DNA of 64,000 nucleotides. Origin: Bacillota bacterium. GTDB taxonomy: Bacteria > Bacillota > Sulfobacillia > JBFLWA01. Location: positions 134,713-198,712 of the forward strand of contig JBFLWA010000001.1 of assembly GCA_040758135.1 (NCBI GenBank), written 5' to 3'. Positions within the stretch are counted from its first letter, which is position 1. Each line of letters begins with the position of its first letter. The position numbers and the translations under genes are program-made. Positions 27,306 to 36,261 of this stretch are shown here, piece by piece. The notes beneath the pieces are model-generated. The model was not told the origin of the DNA and ran no database searches. It worked only from the letters and a program-made list of their open reading frames with translations.

Positions 27306-28703
27306 GTGGGGTCGGAGGGGGATGCCGGCACTGTGAAGGTTATCTCCACCACCGCGCTTCCCCTGCCGCAGAGAGTGATCGAGCTGCTGGCCGATACCTC
27401 CCGGGCAGCCGTGTTTCCCATGCCGATCGGTGCGAAACTGGCCGGAATTGTCTGCTTCCTGTGGAAGCGGGAGCCGCGCCTGGATGAGTTGGATCTCCGG
27501 GTGCTCAGAACCCTGATCCGGCAGGGTGCATTGACCGTAGAGCGAGCCAGCTACCTGGAGGAGCTCTCGACCACCGTCTCCTATCTAAGGTCACTTCAGT
27601 CGGTTAGCCGGTCGCTCCAGGGGGCGTTGCGCCTGAGTCACACCTTCCATCTGATTGTGTCAGGTGTTCAGATGGTATTTGGCTTCGACCGTATCTCTAT
27701 CTACCTGGTGAACTGGGAAAAGGAGGCTATCGAAGGGGTTCTGGAGTGCGAGGGTTATGTCCCGCCCCGGAGCATCGGCCACCTCCGGCAGCCTCTGGAC
27801 GCTGGCACCAGTGTCTACGCCGATCTGGCCCACGGCCCCACTGCTTACCGGCCCCTCCAGGTTCGGCGGGCCCTCCTGGAGGATGGGACCATCGGTCCCG
27901 AGCATTTGGTGGCCTGCCTGATCCCGCTGGTGGTCAGGGGGAAGGTGGTGGGGATCCTTGAGGTGGGCAACCTGCGCAGCAACCGGCCGATCACTGAGGC
28001 GACCATCGCCCATCTGGCCCCCTTTGCCAGCCAGGCGGCCGCGGCCATCGAGTCGGCCAGCCTGTACCAGAATATCCGCACCCTTTTCCTCGAAACGGTT
28101 AGTGCTCTGGTGGCCGCCATCGATGCCAAAGATCCCTACACCAGCGGCCATTCCCGCTCGGTCACCCATTATGCGGTTATGCTGGCTAAGGCGATGGGGC
28201 TGAGCGGCAAGGAGATAGAGCAGGTTCAGTACGCAGCCCTGCTCCACGATGTGGGTAAGATCGGCATCTCCGGAGACATACTGAACAAGCCAGGGCCGTT
28301 GGATCCCGGGGAGTGGGAAATCATGCGCAAGCACCCGGAGATCAGCGAACGCATCGTCCGCCAGATCGAGCGAATGGAGGAAGTGGCCCAGATGGTGCGC
28401 TCCCACCAGGAGCGCTACGATGGCGGCGGTTATCCCGACGGACTGTCCGGAGAGGAGATCCCTCTGGGAGCTAGAATACTGGCTGTGGCTGATGCCTTCG
28501 ATGCCATGACCAGCAACCGCCCATACCGCCGGGCCCGCACTAATGCCGAGGCCCTGGCTGAGCTCAGGGCGGGGGCGGGGACGCAGTTTGATCCCGGTTT
28601 GGTGGAGGTGTTTGAGACAGTAATGCTCGGCCGTATCGATATTCCCAATGACGAGGAGGATGAAAAGAGGGGGAGTCGGGCGGTCGGCGGCATAGGTATT
28701 TGA
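27306..28703 (+). CDS. GAF-GAF-HD-GYP phosphodiesterase (C-terminal part of interrupted gene)
   Basis: 'HDVGKIGIS...' and 'YDGGGYPDGL' are the HD-GYP signature; GAF domains lie upstream. The ORF continues the frame of 26352..27302 after a single TAG at 27300-27302. Confidence 0.8.
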   Translation: MGSEGDAGTVKVISTTALPLPQRVIELLADTSRAAVFPMPIGAKLAGIVCFLWKREPRLDELDLRVLRTLIRQGALTVERASYLEELSTTVSYLRSLQSVSRSLQGALRLSHTFHLIVSGVQMVFGFDRISIYLVNWEKEAIEGVLECEGYVPPRSIGHLRQPLDAGTSVYADLAHGPTAYRPLQVRRALLEDGTIGPEHLVACLIPLVVRGKVVGILEVGNLRSNRPITEATIAHLAPFASQAAAAIESASLYQNIRTLFLETVSALVAAIDAKDPYTSGHSRSVTHYAVMLAKAMGLSGKEIEQVQYAALLHDVGKIGISGDILNKPGPLDPGEWEIMRKHPEISERIVRQIERMEEVAQMVRSHQERYDGGGYPDGLSGEEIPLGARILAVADAFDAMTSNRPYRRARTNAEALAELRAGAGTQFDPGLVEVFETVMLGRIDIPNDEEDEKRGSRAVGGIGI

Positions 28704-28726
28704 CGAGACTAGGGGGAAGGACCGGT

Positions 28727-29400
28727 TGAACTTGGCCCTGATCGGTCTCGGCGTTATCGTACTGATCCTGGCCGTGGCGGTGGAGGTAGCCGTTATCGCC
28801 CTTAAGCTAACTGGCCTGGAGATCGATAAAGCTCGGTTCCAGGCTCTTTCCGCGTCACGGGTACCGGCTTCACTACCCGCGAGGCTGAGCTGATCACCCG
28901 CGACCGTACCCGCCGCAAGATCATCTCGGCCCTGATGATCCTGGGCAATGTGGGGCTGGCCTTCGCCATTGGCTCCCTTCTGCAGCTGTTTGCATCGCGG
29001 CCGCCCTCCGGGCAAATCCTCGGGTTGGGGCTGGTTCTGGCCGCCATCTATTGGGCCTTCTCCGACCGCTGGCTCTTGCGGCGCCTGGACCGCCAGATTG
29101 AGAGGCGGTTGGAGCGGAGTCTGCGCAAGCAGCCGGTGGAGGAGGTGCTGCGCCTGGGTCCCAACCAGGGGGGTGGCTGAGGTGGTGCTCAGTACTTCGT
29201 GTGTCATGACTGGGAAGACTCTTACCGAAGCGGGTATTCGCGAGCTAGGAATTCTGGTTTTGGACATAGAAAGAGGTGGAGATGTCATCCACGCCCCGGT
29301 TGCCCACGACCGCCTGCAGAGCGACGATATCCTCATTGTGTACGGACACCGCCAGGCCATCAGCGAACTGGCCCGGCCCAAGGGGGGACCACCTGATTAC
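28727..29400 (+). pseudogene. TrkA-C-domain membrane protein, frameshifted (two frame changes, one at a G6 run)
   Basis: Piece 1 from TTG 28727 'MNLALIGLGVIVLILAVAVEVAVIALKLTGLEIDKARFQALSA'. Piece 2 in the next frame 'FRVTGTGFTTREAELITRDRTRRKIISALMILGN...LRLGPNQGGG*'. Piece 3 in a third frame 'AEVVLSTSCVMTGKTLTEAGIRELGILVLDIERGGDVIHAPV...' is the TrkA-C domain. The second shift is at GGGGGG 29166-29171. Confidence 0.45.
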
Positions 29401-29622
29401 ATGCTGAAGGTTATCTACCTGGCACCGAACCTGCCCCTCGCCGAGATGATCAAGGGGATCCTGGAGAATGAGGGGATCCTGACGGTTCTTCGACCCCTGG
29501 GCGTTACCCAGCTGGGCGGAGAGGCCAGTGAAGTGGAGATTCTGGTCTCGGAGAGCGAGGCCGAAGAGGCGGCCGAGCTACTCAATAATCTCCGGGCCGG
29601 AGTACGGGGAGGTGCGCCATGA
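29401..29622 (+). CDS. DUF2007-like small domain protein (possibly C-terminal domain of the preceding TrkA-C gene; no intervening stop)
   Basis: 'MLKVIYLAPNLPLAEMIKGILENEGILTVLRP...EVEILVSESEAEEAAELL'; overlaps the pyk start (ATGA). Confidence 0.4.
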   Translation: MLKVIYLAPNLPLAEMIKGILENEGILTVLRPLGVTQLGGEASEVEILVSESEAEEAAELLNNLRAGVRGGAP

Positions 29623-31370
29623 GGCGAACCAAGATTGTAGCCACTATCGGACCGGCCTGCGATGACCCGGCGGTACTGGAGAGTCTCCTGGCCGCCGGCG
29701 CCAATGTGGTCAGGCTCAATCTGTCGCACGGGTGCATTGAAGAACACCGGGCCCGCATCATCCAGGTGCGCGAGGTGGCCGCCCGTCTCGGGCTCAATGT
29801 CGCTATCTTGGTGGATACCAAGGGACCCGAGATTCGGCTGGGGACCTTCGAAGGTGGCCGGGTGGAACTGGTTGCCGGACAGGAGTTCATCCTGACCAGC
29901 CGGACGGTGCAGGGCGATGCGCGCCGGGTGACTGTGGGCTACGACCGGCTGGAGGACTTCGTGGCGGTTGGCAGCACTATCCTCCTGGATGATGGGAACA
30001 TCATCCTCGAGATTCAGTCGGTCGCCGATGAGGAGATCGTCTGCCGGGTCATTGAGGGGGGGCCGCTGAGCGACCGCAAGAAAGTCAACCTGCCGGGGAT
30101 CGATGTGCCGCTCCCCATCCTATCCGAATATGACCGGGAGGCACTGGCCATGGCGGTGGCCGAGGGCATCGATTTTGTGGCCGTTTCCTTCGCCCGGACG
30201 GCCGCCGACATGGTGGCTGTAAGGCGGACTATCGAGACACTCGACGGCGACCAGCACCTGATTGCCAAGATCGAGAGCACCCAGGGAGTACAGAACCTGG
30301 ACGAGATCCTCCGGGCCAGCGACGGCCTGATGGTCGCCCGCGGCGACCTGGGTGTCGAGCTGCCCGCCGAGGAAGTGCCCATTCTCCAGAAGGCCTTTAT
30401 CGAGAAGTGCTTGAGTGCCGGAAAACCGGTGATCACCGCCACGCAGATGCTGGAATCGATGATCATCAAACCCCGGCCGACGCGGGCCGAGGCCAGTGAT
30501 GTAGCCAATGCCATCTTCGATGGTACTGATGCAGTGATGCTCTCGGCCGAGACCGCCACCGGCCAGCACCCGGTGGAGGCGGTAGCTACCATGGCCCGTA
30601 TCGCGGCCCGCACCGAGCGGGCTCTCAACCACCAGCTGTTTCTGGCCCGACGCCAGCAGGCGGCGGGTAAGTCGGTGACCAATGCCATCGGACATGCTAC
30701 CTGCACCATTGCCGCCGACCTGGGCGCCGCGGCCATCGTAACCGCCACTACTTCCGGGCATACGGCCCGGATGGTCGCCTGTTACCGGCCGCGCTGTCCG
30801 ATCGTGGCGGCGACCACGGACCCGCGCACTCTGCGCAAGCTAGCTCTCACCTGGGGCGTGCGGCCGGTTCTGGTGGAGGCCACCACCAATACCGATGCCA
30901 TCGTCGACCGGGCGGTGGAGGCTTCGGTTGAGGCTGGCCTGGTGAGCAGCGGCGATCTGGTGGTGATTACAGCCGGGGTGCCGGCGGGGATTGCTGGCAC
31001 GACTAACCTGCTCAAGGTCCAGACCGTGGGCGATGTGCTTCTCCGGGGACAGGGCATTGGCCAGCTGGACGGCAGTGGCCGGGCCTGTGTAACCCGGAAC
31101 GCCCGGGAGGCCCGCGAGAAGTTCCGCAGTGGCGATGTCCTGGTGACCACCGCCACCGACCAGGACTACATGGAGCTCCTGCGCAAGGCGGGTGGAATCA
31201 TCGTCGAGGAAGGCGGCCTGACTTCGCACGCGGCTATTGTCGCCCTCAACCTGGGGATTCCCGCTGTGGTCGGGGCCAGTGGCGCGGTGGGGCTCATCGA
31301 GGACGGAGAGGTCGTGACCGTTGACGGCCGCCGGGGCCTGGTCTACCGGGGAATGGCCCGGGTGCTATAG
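29619..31370 (+). CDS. pyk: pyruvate kinase with C-terminal PEP-utilizer mobile domain
   Basis: 583 aa; 'MRRTKIVATIGPA'; 'MVARGDLGVE'; C-terminal swivelling domain as in Bacillus Pyk. Confidence 0.9.
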   Translation: MRRTKIVATIGPACDDPAVLESLLAAGANVVRLNLSHGCIEEHRARIIQVREVAARLGLNVAILVDTKGPEIRLGTFEGGRVELVAGQEFILTSRTVQGDARRVTVGYDRLEDFVAVGSTILLDDGNIILEIQSVADEEIVCRVIEGGPLSDRKKVNLPGIDVPLPILSEYDREALAMAVAEGIDFVAVSFARTAADMVAVRRTIETLDGDQHLIAKIESTQGVQNLDEILRASDGLMVARGDLGVELPAEEVPILQKAFIEKCLSAGKPVITATQMLESMIIKPRPTRAEASDVANAIFDGTDAVMLSAETATGQHPVEAVATMARIAARTERALNHQLFLARRQQAAGKSVTNAIGHATCTIAADLGAAAIVTATTSGHTARMVACYRPRCPIVAATTDPRTLRKLALTWGVRPVLVEATTNTDAIVDRAVEASVEAGLVSSGDLVVITAGVPAGIAGTTNLLKVQTVGDVLLRGQGIGQLDGSGRACVTRNAREAREKFRSGDVLVTTATDQDYMELLRKAGGIIVEEGGLTSHAAIVALNLGIPAVVGASGAVGLIEDGEVVTVDGRRGLVYRGMARVL

Positions 31371-31404
31371 GAGACCCGGGATGAGTTATGGGAGGGGATA
31401 ACCC

Positions 31405-32790
31405 ATGGATTGGAGCAAGCCAGTAAACGCAGAACCGTTCCGCATCAAAATGGTGGAACCGGTCCGGATGACCTCCCGGGCCGAGCGGGAGCGTCTCATC
31501 GCCGCCGCCGGGTACAATCTATTCGCCCTGGACTCCAAGGACATCTTCATTGACCTGCTCACCGATAGCGGCACCGGTGCCATGTCTGACCGCCAATGGG
31601 CCGGCATCATGCAGGGCGATGAAGCCTACGCCGGTAGCCGCAACTTCTTTCACTTCAAGGAGACCATCGAGAAGCTCTTGGGCTTCCCGTATGTGATCCC
31701 GACCCACCAGGGCCGGGCCGCCGAGAATGTGCTTTTCACCACTCTGCTCCGGGAGGGGCAGGTGGTACCCAACAACATGCACTTTGATACCACCAAGGCT
31801 CATGTGGAACATAAGCGGGGCAAAGCCAGGAACTTTGTCTGCCCCGAGGGTCTGGTCGCTGAGGAAGTGGCCGACTTCAAGGGCAATATGGACCTGGAGA
31901 AGCTCGACCGGTTCATGGCCGAGAATGGCAAGGAGACCGCCCCCTTCATCATGCTCACCATTACCTGCAACTCCAACGGGGGACAGCCAGTCTCTATGGA
32001 GAACATCCGCGGCGTCAGGCGCATTGCCGATAAGCATGGAGTCCCACTCTTTTTTGACTGCGCCCGTTTCGCCGAAAACGCCTACTTCATCAAGGAGCGG
32101 GAACCCGGCTATGCCCAGACGCCGGTGCGGGAGATCGTCCGCGAGATGCTCTCTTACGCTGATGGCTGCACCATGAGCGCCAAGAAGGATGCGCTGGTAA
32201 ATATCGGCGGTTTCTTGGCCATGCGCAGCGAGGAGCTGTACCAGCAGGCCATTGTCTGGGCGGTCCTTTTTGAGGGGTTTCCCACTTACGGCGGCCTGGC
32301 CGGGCGGGATTTGGAGGCCATGGCCCGGGGGCTGCAGGAAGTGGTGGAGGAGGACTACCTCCGGTACCGCATCGGCCAAGTGGCCTACCTGGGAGCGCTG
32401 CTGAATGAGGCCGGAGTGCCTATCGTTCTTCCCACCGGTGGCCACGCCGTCTACCTGGATGCTAAGCGCTTCCTGCCCCATCTGCCTCCGGAGCAGTTCC
32501 CGGCCCAGGCCCTTACAGTCGAGCTCTACCGGGAGGGCGGGGTCCGGGGGGTGGAAATTGGGTCTCTGCTGGCTGGACGGGATCCCGAGACCGGAAAGAA
32601 CATCCACCCCGAGCTAGAGATGGTCCGGCTGACCATCCCGCGGCGCACCTACACCGACCGGCACATGGAGTATGTGGCCCAGACGGTGGTTAATGTCTTC
32701 CAGCGCCGGGAGAGCATTGGCGGTCTGGAGCTGGTGCACGAACCGCCGGTGCTCCGCCACTTCACCTGCCGGCTGCAGCCCGTAGTTTAA
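31405..32790 (+). CDS. tpl: beta-eliminating lyase: tyrosine phenol-lyase-like (tryptophanase family)
   Basis: 461 aa. 'AEPFRIK', 'MSDRQWAGIMQGDEAYAGSRNFFHFKE', 'NMHFDTTKAH' and 'ADGCTMSAKKDALVNIGGFL' resemble TPL more than TnaA. The PLP-binding lysine lies in 'SAKKD'. Confidence 0.8.
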   Translation: MDWSKPVNAEPFRIKMVEPVRMTSRAERERLIAAAGYNLFALDSKDIFIDLLTDSGTGAMSDRQWAGIMQGDEAYAGSRNFFHFKETIEKLLGFPYVIPTHQGRAAENVLFTTLLREGQVVPNNMHFDTTKAHVEHKRGKARNFVCPEGLVAEEVADFKGNMDLEKLDRFMAENGKETAPFIMLTITCNSNGGQPVSMENIRGVRRIADKHGVPLFFDCARFAENAYFIKEREPGYAQTPVREIVREMLSYADGCTMSAKKDALVNIGGFLAMRSEELYQQAIVWAVLFEGFPTYGGLAGRDLEAMARGLQEVVEEDYLRYRIGQVAYLGALLNEAGVPIVLPTGGHAVYLDAKRFLPHLPPEQFPAQALTVELYREGGVRGVEIGSLLAGRDPETGKNIHPELEMVRLTIPRRTYTDRHMEYVAQTVVNVFQRRESIGGLELVHEPPVLRHFTCRLQPVV

Positions 32791-32822
32791 CACCACCTTA
32801 CGGCAATGGCGAGTCCGGGAAG

Positions 32823-32860
32823 CGGAAGGCCGAGGCCCCCTATGGGGGACCTCGGCCCTG
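32823..32860 (+). terminator. hairpin after tpl
   Basis: GGCCGAGGCCCCC-tat-GGGGGACCTCGGCC. Confidence 0.45.
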
Positions 32861-32970
32861 TGCTACCCATGAATAGGTCGGCTATATGTCAACTGTTACC
32901 GTAATTTACATAAAGGAAAGGATCTCTCTAGCGCGGAATTGGAGCAAAAACACTTCTAGCTGGGAGAGAT

Positions 32971-33963
32971 ATGATGCTCCGACTCCGACTGCTCGCACTA
33001 TCACTGGCCATCGCCCTGGTTACCCTGGCCACCGCCGGAGCGCAAGCCGCCTCGTATACAGTGGCCTCCGGCGATACCCTCTGGAGGATTGCCATTGCCC
33101 ATCAGACCACTGTTGATGAACTCCGGTCCAGAAACGGGCTGAGCACTACCACTATCTACCCGGGCCAGCGGCTGGAGGTGCCCCCTTACGAACGGCGCCA
33201 CACCGTACAGGCTGGCGAGACACTGTGGAAGATAGCACAGACCTACTCGACTACCGTCGAGGCGCTGCAGGCGGCCAACCGGCTGAACGGGACCCTCATC
33301 TACCCGGGGCAGATCCTGTTGATCCCGGCGACGGCCCGGCCAGCGCCGCCGGGCACTATGCCCCAGCTGCCCGGGGTGACTCTCTATTGGGTGAGGAGCG
33401 GCGATACCCTGTGGGGTCTGGCTCGAGCCTACCGGACCAGCCAGGAAGCGATCAGTCGGACTAACGCTCTGCGGTCCGAGATCCTCATGCCGGGGCAGCC
33501 CCTGTACCTGCCGGTGGGGAGCACCCAGCCGGTAGAGGCCATGGGCCCGCGCGGTCCGCAGTCAGTCGGCTTTGGCGAGCTTCTGGACTGGTCGGCGGCC
33601 CGCTGGATCTACAATGTAGGGTCGATGGGCACCGCCATCGATCTGGCCACCAGGCAAAGCTTCAACATCAGGCACTTGGGCGGCAGCAACCACGCTGACT
33701 CGGAGCCTCTGAGTCCCCGTGATACCGCCATCATGAAGGAGATCTTCGGCGGCTGGACCTGGTCAGCCCGGCCCATTCTGCTGAAGACCAATGGTCGCCT
33801 GCTGGCTGCCTCTATGTCGGCTATGCCCCATGGGGTGCAGACCATTTATGACAATGGGTTTGATGGCCACTTCGACTTATATTTCTATAACAGCCGAAGC
33901 CATGTCAGCGGTTCCCTCTCACCGCAGCATCAGGCCAATGTGCTGCGAGCTGCGGGCCGATAG
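32971..33963 (+). CDS. secreted protein with 3 LysM repeats and a C-terminal LAS/M15-like putative peptidase domain
   Basis: Signal peptide 'MMLRLRLLALSLAIALVTLATAGAQA'; three 'SGDTLW/AGETLW...YPGQ' LysM units; C-terminal 'RHLGGSNHAD' and 'DGHFDLYF' resemble H..D/..H zinc motifs of M15/LAS enzymes. Confidence 0.7.
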   Translation: MMLRLRLLALSLAIALVTLATAGAQAASYTVASGDTLWRIAIAHQTTVDELRSRNGLSTTTIYPGQRLEVPPYERRHTVQAGETLWKIAQTYSTTVEALQAANRLNGTLIYPGQILLIPATARPAPPGTMPQLPGVTLYWVRSGDTLWGLARAYRTSQEAISRTNALRSEILMPGQPLYLPVGSTQPVEAMGPRGPQSVGFGELLDWSAARWIYNVGSMGTAIDLATRQSFNIRHLGGSNHADSEPLSPRDTAIMKEIFGGWTWSARPILLKTNGRLLAASMSAMPHGVQTIYDNGFDGHFDLYFYNSRSHVSGSLSPQHQANVLRAAGR

Positions 33964-33975
33964 GCCAGCTCAGGA

Positions 33976-34003
33976 CAGGAAAAAGCCCCCGCACCGCGGG
34001 GGC
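33976..34003 (-). terminator. rho-independent terminator for the C_GCAxxG gene (bidirectional hairpin)
   Basis: GCCCCCGC-acc-GCGGGGGC with a T-tract on the minus strand (plus-strand AAAAA 33980-33984). Confidence 0.55.
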
Positions 34004-34017
34004 AGTTCTGCCTACGG

Positions 34018-34440
34018 TCAGCCGCACTCTCCCTGTTCCTCAGCCAGCGACTGGTCTAGCAGGAACTCAGTGAGTTCGACCACGAAATCGATGACGGGGG
34101 TGCAGTTACCAGCCCGGACGGTCTCATGCTTCTTTATCTCTACACAGTTGGCACTGCCGTACCGGCCGCGCACTCCGTCCATCAGCTGCTCCACCAGAAG
34201 CCTAAGCTTCTCGTGCTTGGGCTGGCCCATCATCCGGCCGTAGTACTGCCCCAGTACCATCACCGCTCCGGAAATGGCTCCGCAAAGCTCTCCCCTGGCA
34301 CAGCCACCCCCGAACCCGCCGGCCAGCTGGACACCGTGATTCCGCTCATCGCTGGGCAGTACATCGGTGAGCGCCAACCAGCATGATTCGGCGCAGTTAT
34401 AGCCTTTGGCGTAGAACAGGCTCCCAGTCTTTTTGACCAT
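34018..34440 (-). CDS. C_GCAxxG_C_C family redox protein
   Basis: 140 aa; 'YNCAESCWLAL', 'GGCARGELCGAISGA' and 'CVE...GNCTP' cysteine pattern. Confidence 0.7.
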   Translation of the reverse strand: MVKKTGSLFYAKGYNCAESCWLALTDVLPSDERNHGVQLAGGFGGGCARGELCGAISGAVMVLGQYYGRMMGQPKHEKLRLLVEQLMDGVRGRYGSANCVEIKKHETVRAGNCTPVIDFVVELTEFLLDQSLAEEQGECG

Positions 34441-34585
34441 ACCTGTACCTCCCAGGATCCTTTGCGTATCTTCCAGTACTCATTATAACACATATCAGCG
34501 GTAGTAAATCGGCCACCGCGTCCGTTTGACGGTCATCCAAAAGGAAGGAAGGGCTGCGGTGAAAAGACCGCAACCCTTCTTCGCC

Positions 34586-34672
34586 TGTGCCGAAGGCCGG
34601 ACTCGAACCGGCACTGGGGGCTACCCAACTCGATTTTGAGTCGAGCGCGTCTGCCAATTCCGCCACTTCGGC
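34586..34672 (-). tRNA. tRNA-Leu (anticodon CAA)
   Basis: Minus strand GCCGAAGTGGCGGAATTGGCAGACGCGCTCGACTCAAAATCGAG...GGTTCGAGTCCGGCCTTCGGCA: cloverleaf with long variable arm and anticodon loop CUCAAAA. Confidence 0.85.
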
Positions 34673-34791
34673 GACTACGATTATCTTAACACAGCCTAAC
34701 ATGAGATGCAATGTGATTGCTTCTGAACGATAAAGGCTCTGATTAACGGGAAGAATATGGTGAGAATCCCAGTAAAGGAGCTTTAATCGTT

Positions 34792-35535
34792 ATGAGCCAT
34801 CTACATCTGCCTGATGGTGTGTTGCCGATTTCCTGGGTGGCTGTCACTAACCTGGCTGTCCTCATTCTTTTGTTCGCGGTCGCCGGTTACCTCAAGGGCG
34901 AGCGGTCTCGTCGCCGTATCCCAATGGTCGCCGTCCTGAGTGCGGCCATGCTCCTAGCCATGTCGATCCCTCTTGGCCCCTACCATCTGAACCTGTCGGT
35001 CCTGGCCGGCATCCTGGCCGGGCCAGCGCTCAGCCTGGTCGTATCGTTCATCGTCAATCTCTTCCTGGCGTTCATCGGTCACGGGGGGCTGACCGTAGTG
35101 GGTCTCAATACCTTGATCATCGCTTCAGAAATGCTTATCGGTTACGGGCTCTACCGGGCCATCACTCGCTGGGTGCCAGAGGTGCCGGCTGTCGCCGCCG
35201 TGACGGTAATTGCCATCTTGCTCTCCACAACGGTAACTATCGGTGTGGCAGCTGCTGCCCGCCTGCCTGATGCCCTGGTCGTCCACAGCCACCATGATGA
35301 AGGCCATGTCCATGAGGAGGACAGGTCGGCGAGCGGTCCGGTGGATGGTCAGGTTCCGGAGGTCGGTACCGTGGCCGAGTCATTGGGGATGACCTTCGCC
35401 CACCTGGCGGCCATTATCTTCCCGGTAATCGCGGCCGGTGCTACCGTGGAAGGTGTGATGAGCGGTCTGATCCTGGCCTTTCTCCTCCGGACCAGGCCCG
35501 AGCTGGTGCCAGCCCGGAACCGGACGAAACGCTAG
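34792..35535 (+). CDS. cbiM: ECF cobalt/nickel transporter substrate-capture component CbiM/NikM (with His-rich C-terminal extension, possible CbiMN fusion)
   Basis: N-terminus 'MSHLHLPDGVLP' versus canonical 'MHIPDGFL'; 5-6 TM helices; 'HSHHDEGHVHEED' then a further hydrophobic segment. Confidence 0.7.
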   Translation: MSHLHLPDGVLPISWVAVTNLAVLILLFAVAGYLKGERSRRRIPMVAVLSAAMLLAMSIPLGPYHLNLSVLAGILAGPALSLVVSFIVNLFLAFIGHGGLTVVGLNTLIIASEMLIGYGLYRAITRWVPEVPAVAAVTVIAILLSTTVTIGVAAAARLPDALVVHSHHDEGHVHEEDRSASGPVDGQVPEVGTVAESLGMTFAHLAAIIFPVIAAGATVEGVMSGLILAFLLRTRPELVPARNRTKR

Positions 35536-36249
35536 ATGGATATCGCCTTGATTGACGCTATCTCCCAGGGCCAGGTTGGCCAGCCAGGGGTCTGGCACGG
35601 CCAGGGAGCCACGGCCAAGGCCCTTTTCTTGTTGGGCGTGGTGGTGGGGGCCCTGGCGGCCCGGAACCTTTACGCGCAGGCCATCGTGGCCTACCTGGTT
35701 GCTGCCAGCTGGTACCTGGCCCGGCCACCGTGGCGCCAGGTGCTGCCGCTCCTGGTCTACCCGTTGCTGCTGTCAGTGGCCTTTGTCAGTCTGCGATTCG
35801 GGTTGAGCAGCCCGGCCGCCTGGGCCCTGATACTCCGCGGGATTAGTCTGGCTGCGGGCATCATCCTGGTGCTCCTGACCACCCCCTATCCCCAGGTCTT
35901 CGGGCTGCTGCAACTCTTCCTGCCGGCAGTGGTGGTCGACTGTCTGGTTCTGTGCTATCGCTACTTCTTCTATCTTTCAGCCTCGCTGGCCGGGCTCTTT
36001 GCTGCCCTGCGGCTGAGGGCCGGTTGGCGACGCGGGCGCCCCGGCCACAATGTGGCGGGCCTGGCCAGGGTTCTGGGCAGTTTCTTCCTGGCCACCTATG
36101 ACTCCGCCGAGCGCCTGCACCAGGCCATGGAGCTACGCGGGTACCGGCCGGGGCGGCTGGCTCCCGGCGTCTGGGTGGGGATTAGCCGGCGTGACTGGCC
36201 GGCTCTGGTTTTAGGACTCGGGGCCGGCTTGGCCGGAATCATTCTCTAG
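35536..36249 (+). CDS. cbiQ: ECF transporter T component CbiQ
   Basis: 237-aa membrane protein between cbiM and cbiO; starts at the cbiM stop. Confidence 0.7.
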   Translation: MDIALIDAISQGQVGQPGVWHGQGATAKALFLLGVVVGALAARNLYAQAIVAYLVAASWYLARPPWRQVLPLLVYPLLLSVAFVSLRFGLSSPAAWALILRGISLAAGIILVLLTTPYPQVFGLLQLFLPAVVVDCLVLCYRYFFYLSASLAGLFAALRLRAGWRRGRPGHNVAGLARVLGSFFLATYDSAERLHQAMELRGYRPGRLAPGVWVGISRRDWPALVLGLGAGLAGIIL

Positions 36250-36261
36250 GGAGGGGCTGGC

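Noticed and set aside
34673-34791. Full cobalamin riboswitch upstream of cbiM
   Set aside because: Only a GGGAA...GGTGAGAATCCC fragment is present. The leader is about 119 nt and lacks the GCCACTG B12 box and the P1/P6 elements.
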